Of a DNA stretch of 64,000 nucleotides, positions 12,942 to 24,751 are shown one piece after another. Under the pieces are notes generated by a model. It searched no databases. It had not been told where the DNA came from and saw nothing but the letters and a program-made list of their open reading frames with translations. Both the position numbers and the translations under genes were made by a program. Origin of the DNA: Epiperipatus broadwayi (Eukaryota; Animalia; Onychophora); NCBI GenBank assembly GCA_028023455.1, contig JAQFVV010000008.1, positions 11,842,001 through 11,906,000 of the forward strand. Direction: 5' to 3'. Each line of letters starts with the position of its first letter. Within the stretch, counting starts at the first letter, position 1.

Positions 12942-15900
12942 TTATTTGAACATTACAAATATTGTAGGTTTATAAAACGTTTTCAAAATGTTATTATAAT
13001 TATTTCGAAACTAGTTGACTTAAATAGAATGTCATTAAATGTTAAAGTAAATTTACATTATTATATGTAGTGATTGATTAGTAAAAGTATATTAGAACTT
13101 AGTGATTTATTGATTTGAATTTGGTTTCATTCAATAATAAATTAAATCAAAATATCTTAAGCATACATATATTAGGCGATGATATATGATTTCTCTGCTT
13201 ATTACAGTGTACTTTGGAACAGTGAATAGATTTGTCTGATGTGATGATCTTGTTTGCATTCTTTTGTTTTAAATACTATCTGAACAAATTAGATTTTAAT
13301 AAAGATTGTCATTAGTATTTTATTTTAGTGTAATGAGCAATCCAAATAATTATATATTGGAAATATTGTTATTGCTTAGTGTGACCAATGACTGAGCTAG
13401 ATAATTTTACACAGGTTATAACAGAGTTATTATTTATTGAGGAATATTTTACTCTGCTACAAATAATATTTAAATCATAAGGGTATTTCTTTATGATCTT
13501 TTATTTCCATATAGTGTCAGTAATAAGTGATTGTCTAAAAATCTATACATCAATTTCTTTTATTTTATGATAAATGTTGATTGAACAAATGTAGAAAGGT
13601 AGAAGATCCATTATTATTGTTACAAAGTAGCTACCCAATGCTAGCCGATGATGATCACGTATAGGTGGCAATTATTACAAAATGCCAAATCAATTTTAGG
13701 GCTGATATAAAATGGCACTCCACATTTAGGCTAGATTTATTTTATTATGAATGATGTCTCAATTCTGAGACATATTAAAGTTTTTATATTATCATTCCAT
13801 ATTATAATCAATATTCCATTACAAAATGGCGACCAATGATTGGACTATGTTTTATTCAAAATTATATTGATCATTTTCCTAGCATCATCATTTTTATCAT
13901 GTTACAATATATATAAAGTAACAGGAAAACATTTATTTTTATGGTTGATTATACAATTAAATTCTTTTAATATATAATTCATTAAGATTAGATTTATGTA
14001 AATAAAAGATATATGATTTAAAAGACTATCTCAATATTGGATGCTGGAAAAGAAAAAGAAAAAAATTAACTTCAAATAAAAAAACATTTTTTCCTTCAAT
14101 CATTTAAACCTACAGTCAATATCAGAATCCTATGAAAACAAATAACAATAAATGCAATACTGAACAAAAATTTAACTTGTAGTTTTCATTTTATATATAA
14201 ATATAATGAACAATGTAACTTTTTTTTTTTCAGGATTTGTCAGTGATATATATTATTTGCATAGATTCATTTATCATTTGTAAGTATATATTCACCTTTT
14301 GGTAAAAATATACAACAAATGGTAATAATAAGCTATTAATGATAATGATCAAATGTTTATTGTTTGAGCAAATACTCTTTGGAATCATAAAATTTGCTTT
14401 CTAGCAAAAAATTTTTCCCTAATATACTTACATACAGACACAAATGTTAAACAAATTGATTCTAAATGTTGCATTTTTTTTTTAATAATAAGAAATATTA
14501 TTTATAATCATAAAACAACACAAACCTTTTTCAGATTGTATATTTTTCAATTTCAAACAAATTTCTTCAACTAAATTTTCAATACCATTTTTCTGAAAAA
14601 AAAAAACAACAACAACAAAACATGAATAGTTAATATAAATTTATAAACAGTTATACAAATTTATAATTTAAAATCAATTTAAATAAACAATTTTTGAATA
14701 TATATCTAAAATAGGGTTTAATAATTTCTTGGAAATTGTGTAAAATAATAAATGAAAATGAAGAACTCTATCTTACAGTCCACTAAAAATCATTTAGTTC
14801 TAAAATCAATTCACACAATTATATAAATTGCAAAGATCTAAATGTACATTTGCTTTCTAAAGTTACTTACTCATACATTATCCAAAAATTTACCAAATTT
14901 AAAACAGTGTCAGAATAAATATGATTTGAAATATAACTAGATTTGTAAAAAAAAAAAAAAAAAATACTACTATTACAACTACAGAGGATAGTATTTTCAA
15001 TAAAACAATTATATTTCATTCAAAAAAAAAAGTTTGAAAGTTATCAATAACAAAGCATACACCAAGGATATAATAAATAGCAATCAACTGTTGAAATGTT
15101 AAAATAAGACATTACATGCAGAATCAATAGACTCAGAACTCTGCACAATCTCATCAGCTATTCTGGACCAAAATCTCACTTTTCAATTCACAATTCAATA
15201 GCAATATATAAAAAAATATACCTATTATTTACCTTATGGTGTATGTAATAATACTGTTGATGTTTATTAACATATAAACATACTGTATAAACAATAAATC
15301 AAAAAAAAAAGTTTATACCTAATATTATATTGCTCTTCAATAACTATTAAGTTATTTTTTATAACAATTATTGAAAAATTAAAAATACCAGTCACTAAAA
15401 CATTCTAATTGAAATACATAAAATCTTTCTTTGTCTTTATTATTCAGTTTGGAAATTTTAATAGTAACTTTATTTTCAAATAAGAAATATCTACAATCCT
15501 TTCCCCATTTTTCGAAACAACAGTATAGACTACTGTTAAACAAATTATAATTTAAATTCACAGAAGTATCTCTAAATGATATCAGTTTTTTAATTTATGC
15601 TAAACTTTCTGGATGATACTAATGTGAAAGAATGCTAGAATAACAATAACATAAAACAAATGTATAACAAAGTACTAAAATAATGAACATCCTAAATAAC
15701 ATAAATATAATATCTGAATTAAAACTATTAATCTTTAAAATAAGTCTTAATATTATGGTTTTTCACTATATTATTAAAGAAAATTATTCCCAAGTCTTTA
15801 TGAATAATAACTAAGAGAAAGTTACAATTTTACATTTGTCAGTATTTATAATCATATTATTCTTAATACACCTACCGTCGAGACTTCCTAGCATATTCTA

Positions 15901-18089
15901 TACATCCAATTGGTCTAGGAAATTAAAAATTGTATTGACTATATTTTGTCATTGTAGAAATCATGCAAATCAGAAAATTGCAAAACAATACTTTGTGGTA
16001 CTCTGCAAATGGAGTGAACACAGTCAAACAATTTATCATTTAAAATGTTTAAATGAAACCTATCTAATAAATAAAATGTAATAAATTCAATCAAACTTTT
16101 AGATAATTCATGTAAGTTTAAATAATAAAATGCTATGACACATTCTGTCAAATATGTTACTTAAAGCCACATAAATAACATCTAGTTGTTTCTGATCAAA
16201 ATTTTATGCTACTATTTATACACTGATTGTGATCAAATTTATATTTATTAATTAGTTAGTTTCAAATCTATGCTGAAAGTTAGGAAACCACTTGAAAAAA
16301 TGAGTAGTCAAACATTTAAAAAGCATTTATCAAAAATTTCAACTAGAATTTAAAGAATATGTCTATAAATGTTTTTCTTCCTTTTAGATCTCTTTTCATG
16401 TATAGTCACTACTTCAGTTTCTTTCTATAAAAAAGGATGAATCTTAAATTGAAGATAGATCAAATATATATTTTAATATGAGAACTAAAGATTTTGCTTA
16501 TCCTTTACAGATGAATGAAGATATGCTATCTATTCCCACACCCTTTTTATTTTTAAATTTTTCAATGATTGTAATAATTGTCTCTAAAGATATCTCAACA
16601 AGATTTTAAGTTTCTTGTTAATATGAAATAAAGTTTCATAGAGAATATTAATATAAGTATCATCCTCCAAATTTAAATAGTATCAAAAAATTATTGACCG
16701 TTATTCCCATACCCTCATTTTATAAGATATTATTTTTAAGTGCAAGAAATTTAATACACTTCAAAAATTTCTTGGATTTTATTCAAATTATTTTCAGTAA
16801 GGATAGAAATCCTTCATTTGAATAATTTTCGTAAATGATCTATAAACACTAAAATTAAGCTAGTCTAATGATGAACTAGTCTTAATAAAATTTTAATTTG
16901 CATTCAATGTCATGAATAAGAATTATAGAAACTAAACCAGGTATTTATTAACATTTTGGGAAACTCTTATAAATTTATTTATATGTTCTAATCTATTCTT
17001 AAAATTTATAATTACAATTCAACATTAATACAATTATGTACACACTTTCAGTTATGATACAGGAATAATTTTATTTATATGTTCTACACATCTGTTCTTG
17101 AAATTGACAGTTGCAGTTGAAATATCACACAAATATTCCGATCCAAATAATCTCCTTTGGCATAGCGTCTTTGAACATTGTCAATGTTTTTGATAGATGT
17201 ATAATGGAATATGCTATTAATTTCTAAGAATTTAAATCCATCTTCATTAGCAAAAGGTTGAATATAATGTATACATTTATACTAAATAAAAAATTATTAA
17301 AAATTAAACCCAACACAATTCCATAGCCACTATGAATAACATTATTTTGTTTAAGACTGAGAATATTTACAAGATAACAGTTTTGATGATTCAAAATCTA
17401 GCTAGGTATATTTACAATTAATATACTTTGAAATCTTAAAAAATAATCAATTATTACCAACAGAAAATCTGTGATACTAAAGATCTATTGATATATATTT
17501 ACTAAAAACAGATCTAGTTTGGAAAAATGGAAAATGTGTATTTTTCATTGAAAATTATAAAAATCTTTTAGAAATAAAACAAAAGTTATATTTCTGAAAA
17601 TAATGGTTTGTCAACAACAAAACAGTAAGAGTAGATATAAGAAAAAGACTTGTGTATTTATATAACCCACAACGAGTAAGACATCAAAAGTTCAATAAAA
17701 TTGCTAGAAATTTTTAAAAATGTGAAAGTCAAAAGAAACAATTTAATTAATGCCATCAGTATTAGAAATAAAATTACAAATTAAGAATTCCCAATTAAAG
17801 ATAATTATTCTAACTAGCATTGAATGTATCCTCAAAATTAAATTTTAAGACAAAAGCAGCAGACAATTTGTGATTTTATTGCTATTATTATTTCATGATG
17901 TATAAAGTATTGCAAATTATATAATACATAAAAATATAATAGTCTGTGGATCTGGCTACAGAATAAAAATTCAATTTTAAAATATGGAATCTTACATAAA
18001 TACAATTTGTATACTTCAAATAGTTTTTAGCAAAAAAAAATTATTGTAAGCACAGACAATATGATGTTTCAAAAGTACTGTAATTTGCA

Positions 18090-18482
18090 TCAGAGCTATG
18101 ATATAATGGCAAATAAATATATAAATGATACAACGTAAATAACATTTAAAAATATATATATATAACATAAAATATAATAAAACTAAAATAAATTAAATGT
18201 GATAAAATGAAATTAAAACTAAATAAAATAAAATAATCCAGATAATATAAAATATACAACATTAAATTGAAATATAAAACAAATATATATACTTATTTTA
18301 TATTATCTTGATTATTTTATTTTATTTGGTTTTAATTTCATTTTATCCCATTTAATTTATTTTAGTTTTGTTATATTTTATTATACTTAATATTTATTTT
18401 TAATTTCATTGCTTACATTTTTTATTGTATTACTTATGTAGTTCCTTATTATATTTCATTTGTCATTATATCATAGCCCTGA
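18090..18482. repeat. AT-rich inverted repeat whose ends carry the hammerhead-family-3 leader
   Basis: Core arms ~18163-18253 and ~18294-18385 differ at about 4 of ~85 positions. Outer ends TCAGAGCTATGATATAATGGCAAAT / ATTTGTCATTATATCATAGCCCTGA are also inverted copies. Confidence 0.88.
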
Positions 18483-18543
18483 GGAAGACTGAATCACTAA
18501 ACATCACATGATCACCATTTCTTATGCTTGCCCATAACTATTA

Positions 18544-18720
18544 TAAAAACAGGCAAAACTCTCCATACAATAGTGCTACTCAGTAGTGCCACAAGCTAGA
18601 AACTAGTCTGGGGATATTGGATGAGAAGATAGGAATTTTATGCACAAGCCTTCTGGTATCCATTGATTACTCTGGCTTGCACTGAATGGCATTACTGTAT
18701 GGAGAGTTTTGCCAGTTTTA
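18544..18720 (+). mobile_element. Short non-coding element with ~32-bp inverted ends and a decayed hammerhead (family 2, copy A)
   Basis: Ends TAAAAACAGGCAAAACTCTCCATACAATAGTGC / GCATTACTGTATGGAGAGTTTTGCCAGTTTTA. Interior 18587-18680 is the reverse complement of 23393-23492 and contains GCCACAAGCTAGAAACTAGTCTGGGG. Confidence 0.85.
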
Positions 18721-21700
18721 ATCTGAGGAAGACTGCAGAACAGTCATATTTGAAATAAAGTATACAAATTGTATTTATATAAAATATTACAGCAAAATAA
18801 AGGAAGTGATAGATTTAGTGGCATTTGGAAATTTTATATCTTTTACTGACATAGGTCTAAAACTATTTATATTCATATATAGAATTATAACTTCTTTTTT
18901 TTTGGTATTGTAATAAAAGAAAATGTGTTTATCAAAACAAAAAAAAATTGATAAATAGATTAAATACCAAATAACTAGCAGAATTTAATTGCCATATTAA
19001 AAAGTTTTACTTATAAAATAGGGTGGAATAATATAAATATTTAAAGAGAAAACATTACTTAATTCATTTAATAAATCATGTGAAAACACATTAAATAAAA
19101 TCTTATTAAAATGAAGATAAAAATTTACAAATTTAAAAAATCCATGACAAAACTTCACTTTGATAGTTTCATATCAGGTTTTTGTGATGTTCACCTATAA
19201 TATTCTTTTTGAATTTTCTTGATATATGGATGCACTCATTTTCTATTGTGAAGAATACCTTAAGAAGTAATATCTGGATATGAAACATATATTCCACAAC
19301 TGACGTTTGTAGTCTCTCCTGTTGATGAATAATATTTGTTCTAAAAAATATTTTTTGTTTTTGAATGAATGTTATCAGTGAGAAAACCAAGTCTGCTTGT
19401 AATGATTTGATTTTGATAGGAAAAATATGTTCAGATTGATATATAAACCATATTAAACAATTTGACTGAAACTAATATATAAGACTCGCATATCATATAA
19501 TCATTTGTAATCAAGGCTGTGAGTAATACCATCTGATAGATAGTTTTTTCAGACAAATATTGAGATTAGTAAAAAACCCAATCATATTTATTTCCCCATC
19601 TTAGTATTTAAAATGGCAGCTTTATGGTGAGAAAGGGATTTAATTTTTATCAGCAGTATAGTTTTTTGTAAAGTATTGGTTTCTGTGTTTCTATAAATAC
19701 AATTTATTTTTTTGTTTCTGCTATTAAAATTAATAATAGAAGCATAAATTAATAAAAACAATAACATATAGCATTAATGCTATTGAAATAAAAGTAAATC
19801 TATGATTTGCAGTAAGTTTAAGAGAGATAGAAGTTTCTTAAATAAATTACTAATAAAAATAATTTTTAAGAAAAAATATAAAAAAATAAAGACAGACAGA
19901 CAAATTTTCAAGTGGTAAACTAGCCTTAAAGAACTGGATTATTAATAAGAATGGCACATTTATGCATAATATATATATATTATAATGCTAACTTTATATG
20001 TCAAACAACCCTATTTACAATCAACTTTGTATGGATTGCAAATTTTTATAACAAGAATATCTATTTGAATCTTTAAAAGCATGATGTTGATGGCTACTTT
20101 TCCTGATCATTTTTGATGGAATTATTACTGGTTAATGTAAATGTTGTTATATATATATATATGTTTTTGATTGAAAGGAATGATTATTAAAAATATCAGC
20201 CACTAATATTCTCCTTTCCTGAGTAGTGTTGTATAACCTCTTGACTGTAAATAAGTTCAGATGATGTGTAAACTGAATAGATTAAAATTAATCACCTCAT
20301 CCTTTAATAATAATTATTCCTTTTAAAACAGATTCTCAGATATGACTGAGATTTGATCTTCCATACTATAATCTTTCTGTATTTTTCCTTAAAGAATTAG
20401 GTTAACTTTAGAATGACTTTGTATAGCAATCTGATTCATGTATGATATTAATTAATGATCTTTTGCAGTCATTTTTATTTATTTTTACTAGCATCATTAA
20501 ACCACAATGTTTGAGAACTATAGTTATTATTATTTTTTTGACAAAATATATACACTAAGTACAAAATAAATAAAAATGAGTCATAATAATCATAAAAATT
20601 AATTTCAGTAATACATAAGTGAAGCTTCATTATATGGAATATTATTTTTTGGTTACAGTCCTTTTAAATATTCAGGTAGTTTTAATTTTTAAGATAGAAA
20701 TCTTTATACAAATTAACATTAATTTTATAGAGTTCAAATAATTAAACTAATATATAACTATAATATGTACACTATTAAAAGCCTAAAGCTAAACTAGTCA
20801 ATAAAATAATCAAAATTACCCCAAATTCATAACTAAACCAGATTCTTGTACTTCTTTACACTTGAGAAGTATGCTTGTAACAGTAAAACCATTGGTTGTG
20901 TTTTAGAGTTTTTTTCTTTGGATAGTCTGGTTTAGTTGTGAATTTGGGATAATTTTGAACTATAATACAGGTTGTGATAGAATCACAGGCCCGGCCTGGA
21001 ATCGTAATATGTATGTGTTTTTGATTAGCATCAATGCCATCAAACGGCTGACACGAGGGAAAAAAAAACAATCCAATATTCTTATTGATAACAATTATAT
21101 ACGTTCATCAAAGTTCAGTGTGTATAAATTAATAGATAATTTACTTTAATCTTTAGCTTTACAGAATAGTATAAAGAAGATATTAATACAAATGATCACT
21201 GATAAGATAATAATTCACAAATAAACAGTAATTGGCAAAAGTAATTCAAGTTTAATTTAAAATAAAACAGGATATTCCTATTTAAACAATTTAAATTTAC
21301 AAATTCAAAGATTGGACAATTATTAGCAAACATTTTATATACTTTGTGCTATAAATTTTAATATTGTTTAATAATGATTTTAAAGTTTTAACTGTCTTTA
21401 TATTTCTCATTCTTTTACAAAAGAAAGAGAAATTGTGAAGTAGCTTATGGCAATCATTATTAAGTTCATTAATTCTATTGTCTTGATCTTATCTGATATA
21501 AAACCACAAATATACCATATTGGATCAGAATACTGACATTATAAATTTCAATGGCAAAGTTACTAAGAATCTGATATAATAAGAATTAATAATTGTGACA
21601 ATTCAACAATAAATTTAATGTGCAGATCAATGGATTCTATTTCTGATTAGCAGCATTACTGTTATTCATTTAACAATTCAGTATATTTTTCACTCAATTA

Positions 21701-22039
21701 TTTTATAAAAAAATAATGATGGTTATAACATTTTTCTATGAGCAACTTACAGTTCTATGTTACAGCTGTGAATAAATTAAAAGCATTTTTTACAGAATCG
21801 AATAAACGCCTAATTGAAACTCTTCAAAATTATAAGTTATTATATGATAATGTCAGAAAAAATAAAAACTTGATTTTTAATACAACAGAATTTTCATAAT
21901 TATCTTTGAAAGATTTATTTGGAAATGCAGGAAAGATATACATAATTTCCTTTCCAAGAACTGGTTTTAAGAATATTATACATAATGTCAAAAAAAAAAT
22001 CAACAGTAGAAACAGTTTGATAATTAAGAGAACTTAATG

Positions 22040-22100
22040 CTATGTGGTTTAAGTCAGTGATAGAATGTTAGATTCAAAATCTAAAGACTTTTGATTCAAA
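22040..22100 (+). repeat. Degenerate tRNA-derived SINE head
   Basis: GTCAGTGATAGAATGTTAGATTCAAAATCTAAAGACTTTTGATTCAAA follows tRNA D-arm/anticodon/T-arm spacing with a decayed B box, and resembles the head at 28046-28092. Confidence 0.45.
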
Positions 22101-23357
22101 GCTAAATATGTCATTTTTGGTGCAAAAATACCTCATAAGTTCTAACTAATTATCTATTTAATTATTTTTTTTAATAGTACAGTACTAATGATTCATTTTT
22201 ATTTAGGAATAAACATTATTATTATCTGATGCTTGAATTCCATTTTTCTTGATATAACAGTCTTTTTTTATTTCTTGGAACTATTATTTTTAGATATTTA
22301 CTTTTTTTTCAATTTCTCAGTATGTAGCCATTCCACAGTCTATCTTATTAGTTATCATCATCCATTCTTTGTGCATAAACATATCAAACTTTATATTCTT
22401 TATATTACTTATCATTATATAACTATTTATTTTTTAATGATTTTATTTTTTGTCTTCTAAACAAATTCATCAGAAGAAACAATCTTTTATTTCTTGCAGT
22501 AATCTCTACATTTCAAAACCATAGGATAAAAGTTTCTCCAAAACATTCTAATTATATAACCTTTTGTCTTTTTTGGTAATATTTTTCTTGCATTTATCTC
22601 TGAATTTTCACATTTCCTTGCTAATGAAATTTATAGTTAATTACTTAAAATTCTGTTAAGTTTTTATGTATTTTTTATAATAAATTCAATAAGATCAAAC
22701 AGTATTCTTTTTTTTTTTTTGGATATAGTATGTAGATTGAAAGCTTAGCACTAATGCAAACAGGTGTAGTTTATGTTCCAGATTTAAACAAAACTTTGAA
22801 TGTCTTCCTTGAATGTACTGAACACAGTAATTTAGCTAAATGAGTGATTAGAAAATTTAAAAGAAAATTAAAAGCCTTTTAGATGAAAGATCTATTACTT
22901 ATATGACTTATATTTGATTTTAAATTCATTTTCTTTTTGCTTTAAAATAATATGATTTTCAACTAATTTAAAATGAAGAGTTCTTAATGCTATAAGATTG
23001 AGTAATACTGTTATTCAGGATCTGTCTGACATTGAAAAACTAAGCATTTAATTTTATATCAAAATAAAATATTTTGTTATTTATATCATAAGAATTATTA
23101 TCAATATATAATTCAATAAAAAATATTAATAATAATGAGAGTATTAATCTTATCATATGCTAATGATTGATAGATTCATCAAGAGTTCTTGTTATAAAAT
23201 GAATAAAGCCATCCTATTATTCCCGGTAATATAAAAAATAAATAAATATTCTTTAAATGTTTAATATTTATGTTAATTATTACAATCTTATCATATTTGA
23301 AATAAGCAAAATAATTAACTAGAACCGTAATAAAAAAACTAGATTATTTTAATTATG

Positions 23358-23506
23358 ACAGGCAAAACTCACGATACGTATTGCCACACACAGCAAGCTA
23401 GAGTAATCAATGGATGCCAGAAGGCTTGTGCATAAAATCCCCATCTAGTGCATACTCATCCAATATCCCCAGACTAGTTTCTGGCTTGTGGCCTTCGTCA
23501 GTGAAG
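23358..23506 (-). mobile_element. Family-2 non-coding element, copy B, carrying the better-preserved hammerhead
   Basis: Reverse-complement match to 18587-18715; shares the CAGGCAAAACTC terminus. Confidence 0.85.
23467..23506 (-). ncRNA. Minimal type I hammerhead ribozyme motif
   Basis: Minus strand reads CUUCA-CUGACGA-A-GGC cacaa GCC-A-GAAA-CUAGU-C-UGGGG: full core CUGAnGA/GAAA/UH, stem I of 5 bp with two G-U pairs, palindromic stem III ACUAGU, GUC cleavage triplet (cut between 23472 and 23471). Confidence 0.72.
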
Positions 23507-23611
23507 AGCCTTGGATCTGAGAGCATTGCACCTAGATCTTAGGATCTAATGCAACCCTCCAGCAACCACCTTTTATCTCCATTTATCTACAAAATTATGA
23601 ATCTTGAACTG

Positions 23612-23779
23612 GAAACCCCTTAATGTTTTCAATCCAAGCCCATTAGTTTATATAGTCATATGGAGGGGTTATGGTTATTAAAGAACCAAAGACACCAAAA
23701 TGTATGGGTGCTGACTGAGTTCAGACCCATATGACTATATAAGCTAATGGGCTTGGAATGAAAACATTAAGGTGTTTTC
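23612..23779. repeat. MITE-like element with ~50-bp inverted repeats
   Basis: CCTTAATGTTTTCAATCCAAGCCCATTAGTTTATATAGTCATATGG pairs with CCATATGACTATATAAGCTAATGGGCTTGGAATGAAAACATTAAGG (2 mismatches), around a ~63-bp spacer. Confidence 0.85.
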
Positions 23780-24128
23780 AACTATGAACAATAAATATCT
23801 TGTCCATCGCTCAAGTAAAACATGAATAACAAAGAAAGGAAAGAAAATTGGATATGGGTTTTGAAGAAAATGAAAGAGTGATTAAAAAAATATAGCTAAA
23901 ATGTAAGAAATATAGTACTTAAATTTAAAGGAAGAAAAATTTACACAATGGCTTAATAAATCATATTTTTTCTTATAATGTGCTAAGATAAAAATAAAGG
24001 ATAATAGATTAGTTATTTATTTATTATAAGACATGTAAAAAAATTTATATGCTTAAATGTAAAATATGTTATGTGAAAATTTTCTCCAGACATGTCAATG
24101 TATACACATATGACCATGTATTACTAAC

Positions 24129-24428
24129 CTGTTCTGAAACAGATAATAAACATTCCACAGCTGCATTTTTCTTACGTTCCTCATTATCAGTAACTGATGT
24201 TGCTTTTCTCTTCTCTTGCTTATATCGGGTAGGACGTATATGTGCACTATTAAACAATTCTGTTTCAGGCTGATCTTCATCAGCACTATCTTCTTGTAGA
24301 ATCATGAGAATATAGCGAGTATAGATCACTGCATCAATTCCACGCACTTCCAATTCATGGTCTAACCAGTCTTGAACAGAAGATGGCAAGACCCCACGCA
24401 ATGACATGTTGCTCTGCATGTATTTCAT
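24129..24428 (-). CDS. KIAA0232: First coding exon of a KIAA0232/DUF4603-family protein; ends at a phase-0 GT donor
   Basis: SLRGVLPSSVQDWLDHELEVRGIDAVIYTRYILMILQ...EERKKNAAVECLLSVSEQ matches the KIAA0232 N-terminus as I recall it (VQTWLGQELEKCGIDAMIYTRYVLSLL...EEMKKQAAVQCLRSASDE). Homology stops exactly at CAG|GTTAGT (24129). The start may be M8 (24407). Downstream exons were not recognised in the window. Confidence 0.85.
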
Positions 24429-24751
24429 TTGGAATCTTTAATTTGAATCCACTTCAACAAAAAGATCCCATGTAGTAGTTAGCCAGATTTTCTACAGACA
24501 GCAGAAAGACAAGTTGAAATGGTCAATTCAAATCTAACTTGAACACAATGATCAGGCACTCAGATGCCAAAAAACGATTTGAGTTAGCATCCATGGCTAT
24601 TTTACCTTATCTGGCAGCCTCCTGGATAGGGTCTTAAATTAATTACTATTTACATAAGCATGATTAATGGAAAGACCAGACTTAAAATTCCTGGCCAATT
24701 TTCCATAAATAATCAATGCTTATTAAGTAAGACATCTTGCAATCCATTTTT
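24429..24751 (-). promoter_or_regulatory. Putative 5' UTR part of the KIAA0232 exon with three uORFs
   Basis: Acceptor T-tract+CTAG at 24752-24768 (alternative TGTAG acceptor at 24492). uORFs at 24682-24747 (21 aa), 24523-24594 (23 aa, GCCATGG context) and 24454-24471 (5 aa). Confidence 0.5.

Noticed and set aside
24245-24290. Hammerhead-like string CTGATGA-AG atcagc CT-GAAA-CA gaat TG-T-T inside the KIAA0232 exon
   Set aside because: Stem II is only 2 bp, stem I breaks after 2 pairs, the triplet is GUU, and the sequence is explained by codons for ADEDQPETELF.
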